Below, piece after piece: positions 26,168-38,480 of a stretch of 64,000 bases of DNA. The stretch is from Styela clava (lineage: Eukaryota). Made by a program: the position numbers and the translations under genes. The DNA lies in NCBI RefSeq assembly GCF_964204865.1, contig NC_135264.1, forward strand, positions 12,524,001 through 12,588,000. The letters are read 5' to 3'. A model generated the notes under the pieces. That model made no database searches, had not been told where the DNA came from, and saw only the letters and a list, made by a program, of their open reading frames with translations. How positions within the stretch are numbered: position 1 is the first letter of the stretch; every line of letters begins with the position of its first letter.

Positions 26168-27377
26168 AACCTGCCGTAAGTATAGCAGATATAGCAATGA
26201 ATAGCTCTCTTATATGTCACCGTTCTTAGGAGTTTATTCGTGATTATAATTTCATTTTATTTTTTTCAATACCACAGATCGAAGAATCCCGACCAATGCG
26301 AAACGAAGCCAGTGTCCAAATGTCTACAAAGAGATTGCATTTTTCGTGTTAAAGAGGGTAAATTGAACACTTGGGAAACAGTTAAATTGAGATGGGCATT
26401 GAACAAACACGTGGAACAATGCAAGTATGTCTACACTGAGTTTTACTACTACAAATCTATATGCAATCACATCATAGAGTAGTTTTTTTTTTTGACAGTA
26501 TGAAAGATTTCTCAACTTAACTGATATTTTATTGAAACAATTTAGAATTATCATTCTTTAGTTTAGAATTATACAATTCGAGTCGACCTTGCCGTCTGAA
26601 TATTGTAATTTATCTTTTTGATATTATCTTTCCGGCACTTGTTCTAGGAACAGGGTATCTGGAAAGAAATGTAGCAACGATATTATTCCGTGCAAATGTA
26701 GCCTCAAAGGCAAAACATTATGGGAAAAGGCTTATGTTTGGGTAAAGATCTCTGGGAAATTAGAAGTAAAAAAACGCTGGATCAGATTCACGGTATTTTG
26801 TTTTATGTATTTACAATTTTATAAAGACAATGAAAAGAGTTAGGGGTGATAGCAAAGGAAAAGTATGTTAAACTATCTATGACGTCATCTGACCTATGAT
26901 GTCACAAAATGTCATTCAATGTGCACTGTGTGGTGAACTTACATAACTGATAGGTTTCGAAATATATTTACATCATTAAAATATTTGAAACTTTGATCCG
27001 ATTAAATTACTAATAAATTTGGGTACAAGTGTTGTGCATTTTCAGACTTATAGTTTTATGTACAAGTTATGTTATTTGAAGCACTTTAACAATATATATC
27101 TGTATTTTTATGTTTTTTTTGGTGTGAAATATGCCTCCGTACAAAATTTATATATATTGTAAACAAGATCAAAAACATGAAAATAGAATATTGATAGAAT
27201 TAAAAATTACTAAATTATAAGAATGTGACATTTCAAACCTTCGAAAATGTTATTAATTCTCGACAAAGCTAGAGTTTTGATTAACAACAATTTATACTAT
27301 TATTCTTGACTTTTTAATTTTTTTTTCGGATCCCAGATGGATGCATGTGTGCAGTGGTTAATGTACCTCCTAGATAA
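26168..27377 (+). pseudogene. Cystine-knot paralog C2, probable pseudogene
   Basis: TATA box, ATG and nearly all of exon 1 are deleted (only aacctgcc/gtaagt remains at about 26168-26181). Exons 26278-26424, 26648-26792 and 27330-27377 are still open. The last acceptor is mutated CAG to CGG. Confidence 0.85.
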
Positions 27378-29571
27378 ATCAGCTTTCCTTTCAATTGCTG
27401 GCAAAAATTAGAACATTTAATTATGGTTTGAAACATTGGCGCTTATAATGTGTTTTTTGTTTGCTTTTTCTTAACGTTTGTTCAAAAATAATGTAATGCA
27501 TTGAAATCCTAAACTGTGAAAAATAAACTGTTATAGACTAATTTTGAATATTTTGACAATAAAATAAATTGTATTCCAGACAACATTGTTTGATTAGTTT
27601 ATAACGATAGTAAGGCTAGTTTGAGTAAACAATATGATACTTGTTTTTGTGGTTTTATTACAGAGCGAAAAATACTCAAAAAACAGTAACTTGTGAATTG
27701 ATGGACAAATGTAAATTGGTGGAAAAGCATCAATATTAACCCCCAAAAATAAGGTTTTAGAATTAAATATATACAAGGATTCAGAACTCTTCATTAATAC
27801 TCCACTATTGTCTTGTGTCCGCTAAAATTAGTAAAGAATACATGTTTCTAGTTGAAGAAACAAAAGTACGACACAATTTGCTTTTTATTTTTTATTTTAT
27901 TGGAAATCTGACAACTCAGGTATTGGTAGAATCAAAGAATCGAGTAATAGACAAAGGACCCAGGTCAAATTCTTCGAGTCTGTGACGTCATAATGAAAAC
28001 GCTGAAACACATGATATCGAACCTGTTGTAGCAATGCGCGCTCACCAATAATTGAGGTGGGAATTTGTGTGACTATTTTAAAAAACAAAACAAAAAACTT
28101 CATTTGGACTTGGATTCATTTTCGTTATTATTGATAATTTCACATTTTGTGTTGCATTGTCGATGCAGGCGGTATTTCCGACTCACCAGTACAATCTCGT
28201 ACATCTATCTGCTAACACCTCATTGCTCATGCAAAAATCCCAAAGTCACTCGTTGTTGTGTTTTTCTGTAGGATTAACATTGTTGTGAGCAGAATTCTTT
28301 TGCTATAGTCTGGAGAGGTTTTATATCAGTGATTTGGTTAACAACGAACAAAGTACAATTGTTTTTCATGATAAGAGCCTGTGATTCGGCATCAATGCAT
28401 TTTTCTAGCGATCTAATGACCGATCACATTATAATTTTATTAAATATGTTTTGTATACTTATCTTTTTAAAGTTGAGAATACATAACGAAGGCTTTTATA
28501 CGTGAATACACAATTGAATAAGAAATTAGGTGAAAAATTCGGTCCTTCCGTATGGTATGTGTACCAGGTTAGGGTTAGGCCATATTTTTATTCCGATTTT
28601 CCTTATTTTACTTCTATTCTACGAGTTCAGAGACTGTCTCTGTCAGCCACGTGAATATACCCACTGCCCATAGGCTTCCGTCACTTTAGACAACTTAATG
28701 TAAAGTAGTCGGAAAAAATTAGTTACCTCCATATTGGTACACATACTACTGGAGCGCCAAAAATTCCATATAAAATATCGAATTCCTATCAACTTTAAGT
28801 GCGGATTCAACTTTCGGTCTACTCGTATTTTAAATATATGAAAAAAAAAAAATTATTCACCGCTCCATGGCATTTCAAAAACAAAAATTTATTTTGTTCA
28901 TTTTGAATGACAATTATTTATTTTTTAATAAACCACGGCATCACAAAAAGTTCTGAACGGATTAAACTACAACCATTGGGAAGTATGGTTGAGATGGATT
29001 AGATGGAAATTTCAGATTTAAAAACCTCAATTTTTTATAATGAAAAATATGGTTTTTCATCATTTAGCCCTAAAATAGAATAAGTTAAGTGTTCAATATT
29101 TCAAGTGAAAAAATTGTTATTTTCAAAAATACGATAAAATCTATTGAATGTTCAAATATTTTAATATTCAATTCGGCTATTTAGTGGTATAATTGGTTTA
29201 AATGAGTTTTTGACAGTTAACATTTGTTTATATAAATTGTAACAAATACAATTTGAATCAGACCAACCGTCTGAAAATAATCTGACGTGAAGCTGTACAT
29301 TGTTTATCGCAGGTTGCAATCAATAGGACAGAGAGTGTTTTTTAAATCAAAACGATGCCATAAGGAATTACCTGCAAATAATAAAATTAATTTTCGTACA
29401 AATAAATACAGATGTCATAAACTTTTTTTCTTTCATTTCTCTCAAATATCGAAATTTCAGATTCAAAACAACTTTTTTCTTCAACAACATTTGCGTTTTT
29501 TTCATTCCAATCTTTCTATATAACGCCGATCTGCTGAGACAAGTTTCATATGCTCTTATTGTTGCATCACA

Positions 29572-31204
29572 ATGAAACTCTTTACGCTCGTGATTTTCGC
29601 CACATGTGTGGTGCTAAGTTCGGCGAACATGAAAAATAAGAAGATGCCATTTCCGGCATGCATAACAAAAGAACCACCGTGAGTATTGAAGACTAAGAAG
29701 TCCAATTGTTTAAAGAGTTATTATTACTTATCGATCTTTAGATCGGTATGTATGTTGATAAATATTTGCCTATTTGTCTGTCTGTTTGTCTATTAGATGC
29801 ACGCGATATCTCACAAAGGCGTGATTTAAACTGCTCCAAATTTTGCATGTGCATTCATCATATCTCGGACCAGACGCCTATTGATTTTGGATGAATTATG
29901 TCGAATAATTAGCGAGTTATTACTTAATTAGTGATGAGACACGCGGTGTCACTATAGAGTCATGAATCGAAACCGCAGTCTCTATCGATAAGTCTTCGGT
30001 CTCCGTCCGATATTCTCATTTTATTTGTTATTTTATTTTTTTTACAAATTTTTCAATTTTCTCACAAGGAGAAAATGCTGTTTATGGATAGCTGATCAAA
30101 GTGTTATATGCATATTTACACAATAATAATAAATTTTTTTTTTTTTTCAAACTCCAAGTTTAACGAAAATTAAATTAAAGTAAGTTTAAACCTACGCAAG
30201 TTCTGAATAATTTGTGTTTAATTAGTAATTATGTAACTAACTACCTTTCCTTGCGTTATGCTTTTTTGCAAATTGTGTTTGATTATTTATATGTTAATAA
30301 TTGCATGGTATTTATGTAATAAATTAATACGTAATATCTCAGATTAGAGAACCCCATGAAATGCACACAGTTCCCACAGTCCGTGAGGTGCCTTCATAGA
30401 TGGTGTACTTTTACGGCAGAAAAAGGCATGATATGGATAAACAATAAATTCGAAAGTGTAGAATTAGCGAAAAAAATCAAAGAACCAGTCGAAGAATGCG
30501 GGCAAGTATATATAGTTTGATTTTTTAGTGTGTATACGAAGAAAAATATTATCACGTTTTATTGTTTGTTTTTTTGAACCAAAATTGGTTATATTTTTTT
30601 TTCAATTTATATTTTGCCAAATTAGTCCAAAACGAATTTCTTTCTTCGATTTTGCAGAATAAAAATATGTTATTTTTTATTTTAAAATGTTTAATAAATT
30701 GACAAATAAATTAACTTTTCAATCAACTGAGATATCTTTGAAAATATTAAAAAAAAATTTTCCATTGTTTCCACATAACAGAAAAGCGGGGCAGAAATGC
30801 TCTGGTCATCGTTGCCCATGTAAGTGCAAAACTAAGGGAAAATGGATCTCGAGGGACGGTGTGGTAAAAATGAAAATCGATGGAAAATGGGTAAAATCTG
30901 TTCTGAAACCAGACATTCTCATCAGGGTAATTATCTATTATCGCCATAAATTTTTCTATATGTGTTTGTGTAGACTATACATGTATTTTTGATTTATAAA
31001 GCTAGGTAATGTAGGCCTCAAGTAAAAGGTGATATAGAATGGAAATGGAAAAAAAATAATAGAACGAGTTATGTTGCGATTGATTAGCACCCGTAATAAT
31101 TAAAAATATAATATCAATGTAAAAATAATAATTTTTTTTCAAATAATATTTATTGTATTTTATAGGTGCCAGGGGGTTGCACGTGTACTGAACCTGATGA
31201 CTAA
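29572..31204 (+). CDS. Cystine-knot paralog A3 (149 aa), diverged, requires a GC-AG intron 2
   Basis: Exons 29572-29678, 30343-30501, 30782-30926, 31166-31204. All 11 Cys kept; donor at 30502 is GCAAGT. Confidence 0.8.
29718..30020. mobile_element. HINE/DINE-like insertion in intron 1 of A3
   Basis: Absent from intron 1 of A1/A2; has a (ctgt)n-like microsatellite followed by a gatatctc...aaattttgcatg core. Confidence 0.55.
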
Positions 31205-33154
31205 ATTCGATGGCTGATGAAGCAGTTAAGATAAAAAAAAAAATTGAAATTTTTATTCGTAATTATTAATTTCTATTCGGAGCGGCATTATTTCTGGAGC
31301 AATATAAACAAATACAAGCAAATATGTGCATTTCGAAGTTGAGTTTTCTTTTCATATTGAAGCATTTCTATGAAATCCTTCATCAACAATCAGGAATTTA
31401 TGTTTATATTTTGACCATTTATATGTATCTTATATGTCACAAAAATAAATTAACACAAAATATATCGAGATGTAAAAACTTGGCATTATGATGGTAAAAC
31501 AAAAATAAAATTTGTATACCCGCAAAAATTACTCATGTACAAATGTACTACGAAGTATTACGTTGGTTTATTAAATAAATTTTATAATATAGATTATAGA
31601 AGTTCCATATTACTAGGAAATTAGTCAAATAATCTCCTCTTTCAATGTCATCAAAATTGTTGCCTATGTCAAACGGAAAACCAATTATAGGTCGATAAAA
31701 GCCTGGCTGTTCAAAATAATATCCAACAGGGGGAATCTTATATAAGAAAGGTTATCCTTGGAAATGTATGGATAGAAATCACAAAGCATGGCGTAAAATC
31801 TGGTAAAAATAATTGAATATTTATGAAATTCAATTAAGATATGAATTAGTAAACACCCTTTCATTAGAAAAGATTATCATCTTTTATTTAAACAACACTT
31901 ATATATTAAAAATAAGCATTTAAAAATATTGAAAGCAATGGTACTAGACACTTCAAGTTTGCACTGTGTTGAAAACAGTGTGCGAAAGTAATTTTAACAA
32001 GTTAATACAAGTGCTAGAATGAGACACCACATTGAATAAGATAGAATAAATATTGGCGCAAAGAAAAATAATTCAGGAGGGGTATGGCATATTTATACGA
32101 GAGAGAATCAACATTGGACAAGATACTATATGACATTTAGAATTTTCTTTAGCGATAATTAATTAGGATGTCCATAACGTTACTTGGAATTTTCAAGTCT
32201 AATCAGGAATGAACACGGACTGAAATATGTACCGGTATTGTCGTCTAAACTAAACAATGTCCCAATAACGATTTGACAATAAATACATAAAAAATTTAAT
32301 CTTGAAATGGCTCGTGTATTTCAATATTACCCAACATATATATATAGTTCAATAACGATTAAAACTGCTTTATTAATTGCAATTAATTTAATTGCTCAAT
32401 TCAATCGCATGTTAATGGAGTTGTCATTAGAAAAAGATTCAAATTTAACAATGCATGTCTGTGTTGAATAACCCACAATTTCCTAAACAAAAAATGAAAA
32501 AAATCATAAATTTGAAACATTTGAATGTCGTGATATTGTACCTAACGACGTGTGCGTTCTAAGTTAAATATATCATGTTTGAACTACACATATTTAACAA
32601 CAATTGCGGATTACTAGGTTAGAGATAAAATGTCAACTGGATTAGATATAACAAATCAAACTGTTTTACATATTTTTTCCAACATACTCAGACCGCATAA
32701 GTGGGAAAATGGCTAACACTTTATTACGGAAAACTCATCGTATAAATAAGACTATTATTATTAAACGGCATGAAAAAATGAAATCTAATTAAAACAGCAA
32801 AATAACAGTATGAATCGTTTTTGAAATTAATCGCAGCCCTTTTTATTAAAATCACAAATAGTCTACATAATTGAATAAAAAAATGGAGGATCAGGTAAAT
32901 ATAAAAACAAATATTGGGAAAAAGGGAAAGGTCCTTTCAGAACACGAATTGTTTATTACCCTTGAATTATTATTTTTGCTCTCCTCAGAGCGTTTTATAC
33001 AAAAAAATACATTCTCTCATATTATAATATATAAAAAAAAATCATAGTCAAGAATATACCTTACGTCATCGTGATTTGCCTTTCTTGTTGATTCATGTCT
33101 ATAAAAGTAAGCGAATGAGGTAAAGTATTCCGATGATCTATTGCTCGTAGCATA

Positions 33155-34329
33155 ATGAGAATTGTTCTGCTGCTGTGTATTGCTGCGTGTGCGGCAGTTT
33201 GCGTTACGGGTTCGTCTCGAAAGCTTCCATCTCTGCCGCCATGTTCTGTGAAAAGTTTACCGTAAGTATAAGATATATAGAGTATAAGAGGATAATAAAA
33301 CGTCAAGGTTTTTTTTCTTTCATATTTTTTGATGGCGACTTATAAATAACAAATGATTGACATGGTACGTTTTCCTGCTTTCAAACGTGATTTTTTCTAG
33401 TTTAAAAAATCAAAATGTTAATTTATAACCTTTTAGGTCGAAAAGACCAAAATCATGCCAAAAGGACAAAAAGTCGAAATGCGAAGAGAAAAAATGCTAT
33501 TTTAATATTAAAAAAGGGATACTCACTGAGAACGGAAAATCAAAAGCAGTTAATATTGTGAAAGAATTTATAGTAAATGGAAGCGAATGCGAGTAAGAAA
33601 TGTAAAAATATATTATGTGAGTGTGCGTTTGTGTGACTGTGTGTGTATGTGTGAACTCATTAGGTTTGACATAAAAATGATTTTCAAATGGCTTTAAATA
33701 CGGAAAAGCATAAATACAATTCATGAACAAATCCTAAATTACTGAATTTTATTTCAAGTAAACAACACTGGAATGGTCTAATAAAGCGATGCAGCAGTGG
33801 AATAATTCCATGCAGATGTCGAAACTGGGGTGTTAAGACATGGATAAAAGCTTGGATTAGTGAGAAGAAAGATGGGAAGTGGATGTCTGTTAAAAAACCG
33901 GTTAAAGTAAATGTAAGTATGTTGCAAGTCCTTGCTTTTTGAATAGAACGTGTTGTACACATTCTAGTTTTTTTTTGTTTATATATATATACTAACATGT
34001 ATGGTTTGTGCTTTGATTTTTTGAGGTACTGACTTAATATATTTTTAATATATTATTTAATTGGTTTTATTTAATTTATCCTTAGGTTTATTCACCGCTT
34101 ATGTTTGATCCATCTTCAAAAACTAACACGATCGACCCACAAAGTAATACTATATGAGTCATACTTTTAGCTTACAATACGCGGCAATTTGGAATAGACC
34201 AAATAACGTAATGTGCTGGAATAATCCGGATTGGTTATTCAATAAAACTGATCTGATTATAAATTTCTTTCCCAGATTCCAGCTGGATGCATGTGCGCTG
34301 AGCAGAACATCCTAACAAGGAGTTTGTAA
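33155..34329 (+). CDS. Cystine-knot paralog B3 (156 aa), diverged
   Basis: Exons 33155-33261, 33437-33592, 33759-33912, 34276-34329. Open frame, 10 Cys kept, 4-aa insertions in exon 1 and in the hairpin loop (ISEKKDGKW). Confidence 0.88.
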
Positions 34330-35367
34330 TTCAAAAAGTGCTGATTACTTGTGCATATACCGATTAATAAAAATGTGTTTAATTCAACTATGATTTTGTA
34401 TGTGGTATTGGCTGAACAAAATTCTACATTAAGAGCATTGAGGCAATAACAAAAACGCGAAACAAACTATGATCACCATCAGGATCAGAACGCGAGAAAT
34501 CGTTCAGACTCGCTTATATTGTTGGTGCCTATTTTGTATAGCCACAGAAATATTGAAAGAACTATGCCCGACGATGATATTAAATACAATACCAGGGTAT
34601 ATTATACAAATATAAACTTTAGTAGAGCAGTGGTTCTCAAACTGCCCTCTTTTTTAAATTCGTCAACTTTCGCGGCCACCTCAAAAATAACTAGTTAGAA
34701 CAACAAGCTGCAAAAACAAATAGTAAGGCGAAAGTATGTTTTATTCAAAATACACGTTAAAAATACGTTGATGGAATCGCGATCTCTGAACAATAAAAAA
34801 AAATACATATTCAAAATGAGGGAGACAAGATCAAATAAAATGAATATTTCTATTTAGCCTGACGCCCCCTGAAAAAATTTTTACCCACCGTTTGAGAACT
34901 ACTGTTTTCGTTTAGAGGGATAATCATTTGACAGGCTGACATGCTGCAGGCTATAACGGGTATTCATTGTTTTAAAGCCATTACATTTGTCTTTTCGATC
35001 AAGATTCAGAATATCAGCCTTTTTTGGTTTGTTTTTTCACTGTTTACTATAATTCTTTAGAGAATCGAATATTTATGACCTGGGTTTGGAAATAGTAAGA
35101 TGAGTGCAAATTAATAAATAAAATTCAAAAATCACATCTCTTGCCGTGATACAAATGTTGAAAGAATTAGCAGACAAATTTGGTTTGAATATATTCAGCA
35201 TAAAAACAGTGGGTGACCTCAAGAGACTTACAAAAAATGGCTTATTTTTTACTGCAAAATGCCCTGGGCTGGAAATTTTTATACGTGACAGGATTAAATC
35301 TAACTGCAATGCACTTAGTGATTATAACGAAAATCGGCAAACCTCGTTGACGACAACAACAGGAAAC

Positions 35368-37377
35368 ATGTACATTTTCGGAGTTTTGCTGTTTGTCATC
35401 TACGCATGCACTTTTGTGGCATCGAGAGGTAAATTCATATGTTTTTGGGTTGTGCATGGAAGTTAGGATCTAAATTAAATTTGAAATAAATAATATTGCA
35501 ACATATGGTGCTTGAAAGGAGGAAAATATCGAAAATGAAGATTTGAAGGTGAATAAAACCGAGTTTTTTTTTCCGAAGCCACAAGCAGATATTCGTTTGT
35601 TTATTCCGGATCTCGGAGACCAAAGAGTTGTCGAGATGTTAGTGGATCAAGCGGATTGTATACTCTATATCCTGATGGATTAAGACTTGGAGTACAAGTT
35701 TATTGCGATATGGCAACCAATGGAGGAGGCTGGACCGTGAGCATACTATACTATATTGATGTTTCTCAAAAGTTACGAAGTTTTACATTTGCTATTATTT
35801 GAAAAAAATACAAGTTGGTACCTTGAAATACTGGAGAAACAATAAAATTTAAAATTCTGGCCAATGTTTACCTACATAGTTTAATATGGTATATATTTTA
35901 TTAACATGTGATAAACATAACTTCAATTGCCTTTAAGGTATTTCAACGTCGCCAAGATGGTTCAGTGAATTTTTACAAAAATTGGAGTAGCTACAAATAT
36001 GGATTTGGATTAAAAACAGGAGAATTCTGGCTTGGTATGTTTTGTATGTTAGTTCAAAGATTTTGATAGGATACAGAAGTAAATTGGTTATTAGATTATT
36101 GGTCTATTGCTATGTTGTGTAAAAGATATTTTACTAAAAGTAGGCAAATTTAGACATAGTGTTCTAAGGGCGTAGCCAGCCCAAAATTGGAGGGGGTAAT
36201 AGCTCTACTTCGCTGTCGAAGTTGCCTGAGGCGCATAACCGCGTATTTTCATCTATCTCGTTTGGTTCATTTGGTGAACAGATTATTGATATTAAACCAG
36301 GAAACGGTTTTTAGTGAACCGTTCAAGAATGGACGAAAATGATGATGAAAAAAGCGTAGGATTTTATGTCTCACTGCAAATGCCGTAAAATTGCCGCACT
36401 GAAAAAAAAAAATTGAAAATTTTCGAAGGGAACATGGCCCCTCAAGACCCCCTGGCTACGCCTATGCTGTAATCGACATACGCCAATATAGCTCTCTACA
36501 AACTTCTTCATGGTTATTCGTTTAACTTTTAGGATTGGAGGTCATGCGAGACATCATGAAGGGTAAAATTTTTGAGCTCAGAATTGACTTGGAAAATTGG
36601 ACAGGAAAAAAAGGTTTTGCAAAATATTCGTGAGTAATATAACTTGACCTTCTTTGTTTTTATCTAAAAATAATTAGGGTCACATATTACGCAAGGCTAA
36701 GGTTTCTCCTATAGTCGTTCTACGTTTCTTAGCCCATAATATAAATTCTTTGACGCGTAGTTTGTTATGGAAGTATCTGACGTACCGACTAGGCTATATT
36801 ACGATTTTTAATTATTTTATCCGATTCAGTTCCAGCTCAGTTTGTTGTAGTTTTTGCATTACTATTATTCTTTTTTATAAATCATACTTAGATTTACTTT
36901 TTGTGGGCCAATCAGATTATTGTCAAAGCAGAAACAAACATAGCTAAATATGTCAGCGATACAACCGATTATATGTGATCTCTTTTTGGCTCGTTAAACT
37001 TGACACGTTTTATGAAATTTGCTAATTTTTCATGTTACTTTTTCAGAATATTCTCCATCGGTGACGAATGCGTCGGTTACCGGCTTAATGTGAGAGGATT
37101 TAGTAGTAGCCACAGTAAATTGGGAGACTCGATGGCATGGCATAACAATCAGAAATTTTCTACAAGAGACAGGGACAATGATTCGGCTTTTACAAAATGT
37201 GCATTGCGTCACAAGGGCGGTTGGTGGTATAACGAATGTCGTCACTCAAACCTCAACGGAATTTACTGGAACGGAGGAAATTATAAATCTGTATGGGCGG
37301 ATGGCATTGATTGGTTTCATTGGAATTATGGTGGTCCTTTTTATTCCCTGAAACGCACCGAAATGAAATTTCGTTAA
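35368..37377 (+). CDS. Secreted single fibrinogen-related domain protein (MFAP4/ficolin/tachylectin-5-like), 247 aa
   Basis: Exons 35368-35428, 35579-35736, 35938-36034, 36533-36629, 37047-37377. Signal peptide and canonical FReD motifs [72 protein letters not shown]. Confidence 0.93.
36167..36463. mobile_element. MITE in FReD intron 3
   Basis: Inverted termini GGCGTAGCCAG / CTGGCTACGCC. Confidence 0.6.
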
Positions 37378-37832
37378 TTTTAAAAGTTGTAAAATATGGT
37401 GTAGTTTTGCTTTCATTACTAAATAAATGGCAAAGCACTGCTACAGCTTTTTAGTTCGTTGTAAATGAATAGTATACCTTTCTGCTTTTTTCATATTAGA
37501 ATTTACAAATCAAATTTGGAATTTGAATATTTTACTCTGTTTTTCATTGATTTACTCAACTTTCCATTCATTTGATTGCCTTCGATAAAGAGCAAACATG
37601 CTTTAATACACGCTAATAAAACACGAGAAGGAACATTTTATAAAGAGAGTTAAAGTTATGGATACCCTAGCGATATAACGCCAGGACAGCATTTAAACCG
37701 AAGATTGGCATTTTGAATAGCGTGAATTGTCAAGATTAGCTTTAAAAAATATTTATTTTCATGTAATTGCATTCTACAAAATAATAGTCGATAATAATAT
37801 ATTATTTGCATCCTATGAGGACAACAAAAAAA

Positions 37833-38071
37833 GGAGTACTACCGAAGTATGTGAACCAAAATAGCGGACACCTGGTAGTATGTGTACCAGGCTGGGGTTA
37901 GGCCATATAATAATTTTATTCCAATATTCCTTATTTTGGGTTTATTACGACTCAAGGAATAGCCAAGTGACTCCCGTAGTATTTGTACCTGAAATTATGG
38001 CCAAACCCTAACCAGGTGCACATACTACGTTCCAGTGTCCGCCATCTTGGTTCACATACTTCGGGAGTACC
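37833..38071. mobile_element. Palindromic MITE
   Basis: Long imperfect TIRs gtactaccgaagtatgtgaaccaaaatagcggacac / gtgtccgccatcttggttcacatacttcgggagtac, with A-runs on both flanks. Confidence 0.75.
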
Positions 38072-38480
38072 AAAAAAAGTAATAAAACTATCGATATTAA
38101 TATTTGAAAATGTCTTTGAAATCAAGTTTACTGTCACTTAAAATCCTTAAGCATAGCTACTTTTTGCATAGAGGAGACCTTTATTGTAATTACTATCACT
38201 CTTAGTAACTTGATCTAACAGCTACACATTTGGAAACTATGTCTACTGTAGATGCTGCATTTTATCCCAACATTCTCTTATTTATTTAAATGTTTCCAGC
38301 AGACCCCATAGTTTCGTTTTTGAAGTCACGTTTATATTTATAACATAGCTTAAGTTGACACAAAAGAAATTTTCAACAATGTCTACTTTGTATAGAGATA
38401 TAAAAAAGAAAAACAAAAATATATAGTATTTCTGATAAATTCAGTGAATATAAAAAATTAAAAAAAATTAAAATTTTCGA

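Larger units (their letters stand above)
14311..29420 (+). repeat. Second copy of the about 14-15 kb A-B-C tandem unit
   Basis: Collinear with 1-14310. Nearly identical over gene A and progressively more diverged over B and C. A third partial copy (A3-B3) spans about 29420-34937. Confidence 0.95.

Noticed and set aside
152-34329. Assigning gene symbols such as IL17, spz or NGF
   Set aside because: Only the Cys spacing and short motifs match. The IL-17 RxP..I.EA.C motif and neurotrophin QYFYET motif are absent, and orthology cannot be shown without searches.
35146-35367. N-terminal part of the 106-aa ORF upstream of the FReD gene
   Set aside because: The signal peptide starts at ATG 35368; the upstream open frame has no supporting features.
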